From assembly GCA_951406725.2 (NCBI GenBank), contig OX597815.1, positions 126,046,001 through 126,110,000 of the forward strand: DNA of 64,000 bases, in the 5' to 3' direction. Positions 55,240-64,000 of this stretch are shown here, piece after piece. The translations under genes were made by a program, and so were the position numbers. Positions within the stretch are counted from its first letter, which is position 1; every line of letters starts with the position of its first letter. Source of the stretch: Octopus vulgaris. Lineage: Eukaryota. A model generated the notes under the pieces. That model was given only the letters and a program-made list of their open reading frames with translations, was not told the DNA's origin and searched no databases.

Positions 55240-55308
<69 letters not shown>

Positions 55309-55355
55309 ATTTATATATGCATATATACATACATATACACACACACATATATATG

Positions 55356-55395
<40 letters not shown>

Positions 55396-55872
55396 GTATT
55401 TACATATGTATGTGTCTAACACCCTTGGCTACGAAATAAATAACCAATAGACATGCACATAGAATTTATTAGTGTGTCGTGTTACACTTGCTCATTCTGA
55501 ATGAAGCCCACAGGAAGTAGATGTCTGAGTTGCCATGAATTGAATCCTTTTCTCGTTCCTAGCGAAAATATATTTTACTACTTTTTTCTTGCAGAAACAG
55601 AAAAACAAAGTGTGTTCACATCTATTTAATGTTCATCTGTGAAAACATAAAAACTGTAGTTTTATGTTAAGGTTTTCTCACGCTTATTATTAGACGTTGT
55701 GGTGTGCATAGATACTTATTAATTTTTAACTCATGCTGTTGATAAACTCACATCAGATTGGTGAATTAGATTAGCCAAACGAGACTGGCCATTACAGCTA
55801 ATTTATTGCTTGTATTTCATGCAATTAACGATTAATTATAAGCTCTTTCGAGTGGAAGGAAAATAAAAATGT

Positions 55873-55908
55873 AATGTTCTGATGAGTTGTAACGAAACTT
55901 GAAACATT
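55873..55908 (+). ncRNA. Degenerate minimal hammerhead-like motif
   Basis: AATGTT-CTGATGA-GTTgtAAC-GAAA-CTTGA-AACATT. Stem I is perfect, but stem III/NUH is defective. Confidence 0.4.
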
Positions 55909-56269
55909 CCAAGGCAATGACCTTTATTTACCGTTTTATGAGCAGAACAAGATGTATTCATATGTGTTCAAAGTTCTGCAGTGAAAGGCTTAAAACTGAA
56001 ATATAAAAAAAAAAGATATTTAAGTGTTCTAATACACAACACGTTGCTCACTTACACACATGCGCACACATATATAGGTACATATATATTTGCATGTATG
56101 TATGTGTTTGTGTTTGTGCATGTATGTATCTCTCCCTTCTCTCTATCTCTATCTTTATCTCTTTATTTGTATATATATATATGTACATGCACATAAACAC
56201 ACACTTACACACATACGTAAATACATACATATACACAGACATACATACGTAAGTACGTACATACATACA

Positions 56270-56478
56270 GGCCCAGAAGTTTGTCATTTAAGTATATATG
56301 AGCATGTCTAGATATATGGTATACATAAAACAAAGCATACAAATCTGCACATATACATACATACAAAAATACCCTACTGTTGATGTTCAAATTCCAATGA
56401 AGGAGCTTAGGATCTAGGTTAGTAACCGGCTCTTTCTCTATTGACAAGAAATCTTGAAATAAAACTGAATAATGACTT
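56270..56478 (+). mobile_element. 5'-truncated 3' end of the (CATA)n-associated R4 element
   Basis: Matches 36902-37244 (ccagaagtttgtcattta...gagcatgtctag...gaaatcttgaaataaaactgaa); CATA-type repeats on both sides. Confidence 0.8.
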
Positions 56479-57830
56479 ACATACACATATACATGTAACA
56501 GTCTGCCAATGATTGTCTGTTAGAAACCTGTAACAAAGAACGTTACCTTTTACCTATATGGATTAAAATACAAACCAACAAATATATGCACTGAAATTTC
56601 AATCTAAGAACAATATGCCGAAAATAAACGTCAAGATGCTCACAGCTAGGATAGTTAGTTTATATATGAAAGTCAAAAGAGAAAAAAAACACGCAAATGA
56701 ATACAAAATCGTTTGAAGGCCAAGCCATACAACATAAACCAGACAATAGGAATATAAAAAAAATTGGAAAATTCCAGCAGAAATTTCACATTTGAATGGA
56801 AAACATAAAGCCAAAAAGAAAAATCTCTTTTAAGCTGAGGTTACTTTGTGTAGAAACATAATGTCTCAATGTGTACCGTTCGTCTAATTTGAGTGACATT
56901 TCTGCCATTTCTAGAAAGTAACAAGTTTGAAGGTCATCAAATGAGTAACTGATTTTAGGAATTAATCCAATATGTCGAACCTGTATATCGGAGAGTTTCG
57001 CCTCATTATGTTACAGTGCTGAATTTGCGTATGTAGAAATGCGCAATTTGGTTGACTGGACATGCTTCTATCGTTTACTCAGCCCGAGGACAGAGACGTG
57101 TTAGATGTGGGCAGGTGACTGTTATCTCATTATATCATGAAGCATTAGAAACCACAAAGAATTTAGGCAATTAAGATAAGTAGATCTTATCACTAATGTG
57201 GTAATAATCATTACCTTTGTAGTCTTTTAAACACAAATAAGTCACAAAGAAAGAGTGTCCCATTCCAGTTTCATGGCATAGAGAGAGCAATTTTTTCTTG
57301 TATGATATGTAAAACATGTTGGTATCTGTAGGACAGAGTGCCATCTTATTTGGTAATGAGTTATTTTTTCCAGTTTCTAGAGGGATCGAGTTACCGTTTA
57401 TATTGACAAACGAAAGAAAGGAGCACTTAAGGCAGGATTTGTATCTATTAAGAAGCAGTTCATTATTTACTCCATTAATACATGGAAATTATGTGGATTC
57501 ATTCTGATAATATTTAGTGGAAAACTGAGTTGTGATACAACTCAACATTTAAGCTGGCCATTTGACACTAAATTAAGGTGATTCACGTGGTTGACAATAA
57601 AGTAGGACTATCATGGTGTAAGATAAAGCACCTGGTCCAGATATAGCAACTACGATCATATAGCTCTTGAAAAGAATCTTGAACTTTTCAGGTATGTGGG
57701 AGCTATCCAAGGAAAGATTCCACCACTCAAGGCAATTAGATAATACATAGTCTCCTGCTGCATGTTATGGTAATTGTTGGGTGTGGAGGAGAGGGCATAA
57801 ATGCATATGCATGCGCGCGCGCGTGTGTGT

Positions 57831-57889
<59 letters not shown>

Positions 57890-57890
<1 letters not shown>

Positions 57891-58763
57891 GAGGTCTGAT
57901 TAATGAGTATCCGGACATTTGTAACAAAGCTAAGGTGCACAAGTAAAGCCGCTTGGCAAAGATTGACCTTGAGCCCTGCTGTGTATGCATACTAAGTTTC
58001 AACGATCTAGCTCACTTCTTCTGTTTATAACAGAGCTTGGAAGGAATGTGTGTACCGTGTGATCGTCGCATTGACCATAACAGAGAAAGTTGTCATGGCG
58101 ATACCTGTTCAGAGGCCTACGCAATGTTGCAGAAAGTGTATGGAGACGAGTCTATAGCCGCACACAAATGTACGAGTGGTTCAGATGTTTCCAAGATTGA
58201 AAGAATATCGATATTGACGAACGTTCTGGAAGACTCGCAACCAGCAGAACCAAGAAAAACATCGCAGATGTGTGTGCAGCTCCGAGCGGAAATCGTCGAA
58301 TCACCATCAGTGAGTTATCAGATGTGCAGAATAGTTTCGGTTCAGTTCAGTCCATTATCACTGAAGATTTGGATATGAGACGAGTGTCTGCTAAGTTTGT
58401 GCCAAAACTGCTTTCAGATGACCAGAAAGGAACCTGGGTTTCAGTTGCACAATATCTCTTTGATTGTGCTGAGAACGATGAAAACTTCTTGATAACTTTG
58501 CGTAGACCTCTGGGCAGGTATCGCCAATCTTTTGACAAAATTTTATGCAAAATCTCTGCTCAACTTTATCATGATCGATGCGACGATCACACGCTACACC
58601 CCTTCCTTCCAAGCACTACTGTAAACAGCAGAAGTGACCTAGAACGTTAAAACTTAGTGCGCATGCACGGCAGAGTTTAAGGTCAATCTGTCCCAAGCGA
58701 CTTCACTTCGCGTGTTTTAGCTTCGTTACTATGGCAACAGACCGGATATTTTTGATCAGATTA

Positions 58764-58765
<2 letters not shown>
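57890..58765. mobile_element. Palindromic mariner derivative made of two 5' ends; TA target duplication
   Basis: ta|cgaggtctgatt...atccgg and ccggata...atcagattacg|ta. ~200+ bp inverted ends, each leading into a transposase N-terminus (58037+, 58391-). Plus strand also has RRITISEL...LDMRRVSAKFVPKLL. Confidence 0.8.
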
Positions 58766-58821
<56 letters not shown>

Positions 58822-59183
58822 ATGTAAAATCTTTCCTACCCTGATGACGGAAGCTCAATTTATTCAGTGTTGATTTCTACCAGTACAGCCGCATAATGTG
58901 ATAAACTACATCTACCAGAATTATGATGAATTTCCGAGTCCCCAGAAATAGCTGTTGTACTTATAACACTCTAACTTTCTCCCTTTTAATTTACTCTGTC
59001 ATTTGTACTTTGTGTAAGTTGAGTCTATCAATATAGATATCTATATATTTATACTTAAATATTCATCATTTGTAAGTCTACTCTCTTTGCTTTCTCTCAT
59101 TTTGCACGTATACACTTATACATATTTTGTATTTCATATCCAAATTGTTATATTTAATGTGTCTGATTTGAGATATGTATATA

Positions 59184-59217
<34 letters not shown>

Positions 59218-59779
59218 AAAAGAGAGAGACTAGACAGACAAATAGACAGGCAAATCGATTCATATATATTCATTTACTCCTCATTTGTGGTCAACCGAAT
59301 ATCATTCCAATTTCGACAGTTTATGTTAATATAACTCCTCAAGGCGGTATTAACTATATATACTACTGGATATAGACGAGTGGACACCCTAAATGAACAG
59401 TTATAGAAAACGTTGAGATGACAGCAAAAGATAAAATGACTGTAGACTGAAGGATAAGAGAAGTTGTGGAGAATCGAAGCAAACGTATATAGCGATACAT
59501 GAAATTTTCATTGACTTAGCAGTAAAATTAAGATAAGACGTGCGAACGCTAGTAGAAAGGAAAGCGTGCTTTTTGCATAGAGCTGGAAAAGAAACATCAG
59601 GGCAGTTGACGGCCAGTTTAAAACGAAATAAGCAACAAAAAAAAAAAAAAACAGAACGAGAATAGGTTTGTGGTGTCTTGTAGGAGAGTAGAGAAATAAT
59701 CAGTAACACACGAACTAAGAGAGAGAGCAGTTGAGGGCGGAAGAAAGTTAGGGAGGGTAACCAAAATACAGAGACAAAC

Positions 59780-59864
<85 letters not shown>

Positions 59865-60055
59865 GGAGACAGATAGATAGAGAGAGAGAGATACAAACGG
59901 AGAAAAAAGATCGATAGACTTCAGCACATTGGTAGTTCGCGAAAAATAGGTGTACGTAGTGTTACAATAAATAATAATGAAAATATGAGACAGAGACGAC
60001 ATACATACATGCATACATATACTTATACACACACACACACACACACAAACGCACG

Positions 60056-60141
<86 letters not shown>

Positions 60142-60144
60142 GGG

Positions 60145-60421
60145 TGGCGGCTCGTAGATAAAATTAGTGGGGGTGCTGCTTCAGAAAATTTTTAACCGCT
60201 TTTTTTTTAATATTGTGTAAAGGGAAACAAACATATAAAATGAAAATTTATACATAAACTTGATCGTTTCGCGTTTTAGTCACTGCCGGGTAAGTCTGCT
60301 TAATTTGTTCCCTGAGCACGCCGCGAATTCCCCAAAATCACAAAATTCAAAATCCCCCAAAATCACAAAATTAGGGTGGGGGGAAATCTGCCCTGGCTTT
60401 CAAATCCTGGCAGTGACACTG
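60145..60421. mobile_element. Possible hAT-like MITE
   Basis: gtggcggctcgtagataaaattagtgggggtgct start and ...cagtgacactg end; TIR match is poor. Confidence 0.3.
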
Positions 60422-61815
60422 AAGCTGGAAGCAGGATAATAATCTAATTCTACACTTTATCACATTCAAGAATGTAAACACGCTTTTAAGCACGACACAC
60501 GTGGAGTCGAAAAGAAACACTACCTTTCACCCAGCCCAGTCGTTCACGTAGTGCTTTCTTTCCTTTGTATGAAGCTTCCTATATCGGACATGTGAACATG
60601 CGCACAACAGCCAAATCACGCGTCGCTGGAACTGTGAAGCGTACAGATCTATAGAGGATTTTTGTATTTATTCATAAACTAGGGGATGGTTACTGACATT
60701 ATGCTTAAGGATTATATAATGTACAAGTATAAAGAAAGAATTAAAGAAAAAGGACTCACTACATTGAATATTACAAATAATATCGAGTGGAAAAAGGGGG
60801 TCTGCAGTTCCGCAATTCTTATACACGAACCGCCACTGATTAACTACCATAACCATGCAACATAAATTCTTGATACATCTAAACCATTTCCGCCTCTAAA
60901 TAGATTTTAAGACTGCTACATATGAGATTAGAAGATAATTTCAAGAATTAAAACCTCTTCATTGTTGACGTTCCAATAAGGAAAAGGACAGGCTTATTGT
61001 CTGGAAATAAGGGGATAGTCATGGGCACGTGATTCTGACTCGATAGGCATCCTCAACACAACTTCCCAATCTTATCTTTAACGATCAGAAACATTAACGT
61101 ATAGAAAAAGGATTAGAACACATTTCTGACCATGTAATTTGCATAATTTAAAGAAAAATGAGCTAAATGAAATAAATCTATTACGTATGTATTTGAGCAT
61201 TATAAACAAAAACAAGTATATCAAATACCATACAACATAAATTCTCGATTTATCAAAATCACCATCTAGAGGACATGTCATATCCTCTTAGCTTGAAGAG
61301 TTGCAAACAAGTGTCATTTGGCTTTTTACTATCTACCTCCCTCCTCTCCTTCCATGTGACCGGTGTTCAGCCAAGCTCGACCTTTCTTTCATGGTTCGAC
61401 TACCATCCGTGCAACATCTATATTCCTTCTCATACCTGTCATCTATTATGTCCTTGCCATAAGGCTTCACTTCCATACACGCCAGCTTAATTTAATTCGT
61501 CCTTAGTCGAAAGATACCTGTTGTTAATGTCCTGTTGTTTGCATTTGTATTTGTGCACCATTTTCCCCTGTTTGTTCCATCCTTGTTTTCGTATACATTC
61601 GCCGTTTTCTTCCAAGGAATCTAGTGCTTTTTCCTTGGGGCTGGCCAGATTTGAGCAGTCTCGAGTATAACCAGCCGAAAGATAATATGGAACTCGACTG
61701 ACGAAAGAAAACTCTGAATGACCCATCCTTATCTTTTCTTGTCCCTTTTTGTATCATCTAACTGTCTGGGTGTCCAGTTATCGCCTGTTGCGTTCTTGTC
61801 CAATTTTTTGTATTC

Positions 61816-61869
<54 letters not shown>

Positions 61870-61884
61870 GTATGTATATATATA

Positions 61885-63148
61885 TAGGGTCATCACATAA
61901 CGTGTTTTTATACTTTTTTATTTTACAAAATTAAGATAAACAAAGTCCTTTTTTAACCTAAAATATATTCCCCTTCATTTTCTACAATGCTGTTCCATCT
62001 ATCTGGAAGACCTGGTCTTTTATTTGTCTGTGACGAAAGACACTTCTCTTGTACCGTTCTGACCTCGTCTGGAGAATTCTTATTTTTCCCGTCCAAATAA
62101 TTCTGAAGACTACGGAATAAATGATAATCAGATTGGGCAATGTCTGGCAAATATGGTGGGTGAGCATTGTCCCCCATTCAAACTGCTCCATCCTTTGGAA
62201 TGTCATCCTCACTGTATGTGGCCGAGCATATTTTGATGGAAGAACACATTGCGTCTTGAAACCAAAAATGTTTTCTTCCCTTCTAGCGCTAACTTAAGCC
62301 GCTCACGCTGCTCGCTCTAGATCTGCTTTGCTATTGTTTGGTTTTGGTTTAAAAGTTTAAAGTGGACTAAACCTTTCATATCCTGCCAAGCAGATAACAA
62401 CACCTTACTTGGGTGAAGACCTTCTTTAGCCTGGGGTACCGGTTTTTTTCCCTTTCCCTACCCACTGTCTTCGGTGCTTGACATTTTTATAGAGAACCCA
62501 TTTCTCGTCACCAGTCGCTATTCGGTCCAGAATGGTTCATTCGTGAGACGGGACAACAAAGAAGGGCACACATTGATTTCTGCAGGCGATTAGACATATG
62601 AAGTTTGTGAGGAACACATTGACCCAATTTGCTGACATTTCCGAGAGTACGCAGGTGTGGATGAATGGTTGAACGACCAAATCCAAGCTTCTCTGCTAGT
62701 TGCTCAACAGTTACGATGAGATTTTGTTCCAGCAGGATTTGCACAACTTCCTCGTCGAGCGCTGCAGATCTTCCGGGATGAGGCTCGTCTTATAGGCTAT
62801 AGTTTCTGTCTCGGAATTTCTGACACTGGCTTTTATTGTCCGATCCCCATATACTGCATTAATATTCCTCACACTTTCTGTTACTTTGTTGTCTTTATTT
62901 AACTCATGACTCAAAATATGCCGAATATGCTCCTTTGTCACTTCCATTATCGGACTGCACTCTTCAAAACTGCCACAGTCCAAGTAATGTCTAAAATGAA
63001 GCAGGACCACTTGATTCGAGCATGTAGATGATTTAGATCTCATACAGAAGCAGTTGTTGAAGCTGAAGGTGGCTTTATTTGATAACATTATAGAAAAGAA
63101 GGTTTATTTTTATCCTCATAGCATTTTTGATAAATAAAATTGTTTTTT
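61885..63148 (-). mobile_element. Decayed mariner transposase element
   Basis: MEVTKEHIRHILSHELNK; KLGQCVPHKL; gtgactggtgacgag-like D1 motif; HPPYLPDIAQSDYHLFRSLQN. Confidence 0.85.
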
Positions 63149-63212
63149 ATAATCATAAATCTGTCCTCAAATATCTTACGCACCCTGTCTATGTGTGTGT
63201 GTGTGTGTGTGA

Positions 63213-63243
<31 letters not shown>

Positions 63244-63264
63244 TGTGTGTGTATGTGTGTATTT

Positions 63265-63475
63265 ATTATTTGTGTCTGTCGTTTTTCCCTCCACCATCGC
63301 TTGACAACCGATGTTGGTGTGCTTATGACACCGTCACTTAGCGGTTCGGCAAAAAGACCGATAGAATAAGTACTAGTCTTACAAAAATAAGTCCTGGGGT
63401 CGATTTGTTCGACCAAAGGCGGTGTTCCAGCATAGCCACAGTCAAATGACTGAAACAAGTAAAAGAATAAAAGAA
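63265..63475. mobile_element. SINE-like repeat (same family as 1097-1280)
   Basis: Reverse-complement similarity to 1097-1280. Confidence 0.6.
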
Positions 63476-63517
63476 AAACAAGTAAAATAATAAAAGAATA
63501 AAAGAAATTATATATAT

Positions 63518-63575
<58 letters not shown>

Positions 63576-64000
63576 TCATCATCATCATCATCATCATTAT
63601 ATTTATTGCTGTTGTTTATGTGATCACCGTTTGTGTTGCTATGATTACGTTGTATTTTTATTAATGTTTTTCATTAACATGGACACAAATTTCTATCATT
63701 CTCTCAAATGCAAATAATTCAGCTTTACTTTCAAAAGCTCTTGAATTCGTATTAACCTTGTGATCTGCCATATATTTTCAATGGATTTCAAGTGATGAAT
63801 ATCAGAAGAAATCCATGTCTTTGACGAAGAGTTTTTAGCTAATTTAGTAGAATGATCGGAATCAGCAAGGTGCTGCTTGTATGTGTTATATAAGATAAAC
63901 TAATATTTACAAACAAAACACATCCCAAATTCTAGGCTTCCTGTAATGGTGCAATGCAGGATGTTCAAGAACATTCAACGGTGTTACGGCTAGATCACCT

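Larger units (their letters stand above)
54624..55245. mobile_element. Young fold-back Penelope-like insertion in (TA)n with two hammerheads
   Basis: 230-bp inverted arms 54624-54853 and 54957-55186 with one mismatch seen; the right arm extends ~59 nt to (TA)n. Confidence 0.85.

Noticed and set aside
58841-58960. CTGATGA ... GAAATAGCTGTT possible long hammerhead
   Set aside because: Could not build convincing stems I and II by eye.

Overview
AT-rich, microsatellite-dense eukaryotic genomic DNA; the SINE and repeat content suggests a coleoid cephalopod, probably Octopus (inference). One protein-coding gene is supported: a secreted tyrosinase-like type-3 copper protein on the + strand. It has three coding exons (10924-11310, 24054-24166, 31912-33280; 622 aa), and the 113-nt CuA exon is missing from the ORF track. 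The rest is mostly mobile DNA: R4/Dong-clade RLE non-LTR retrotransposons (a chain inserted in (TAA)n inside intron 2, plus a separate family embedded in (CATA)n), CR1/Jockey- and RTE-type LINE fragments, a Gypsy integrase fragment, mariner relics, MITEs, a probable non-autonomous Helitron and tRNA-derived SINEs. The most notable signal is five unrelated non-coding fold-back insertions in microsatellites. Each has two divergent copies of a terminus carrying a complete or partial minimal type I hammerhead ribozyme motif (Penelope-like pseudo-LTR architecture), and one arm always has an extra 60-100 nt tail. One has a compensatory U3-A8 ribozyme core and a spacer that is an exact 110-bp copy of nearby flanking DNA. 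All structures were read by eye; no searches or folding were run.
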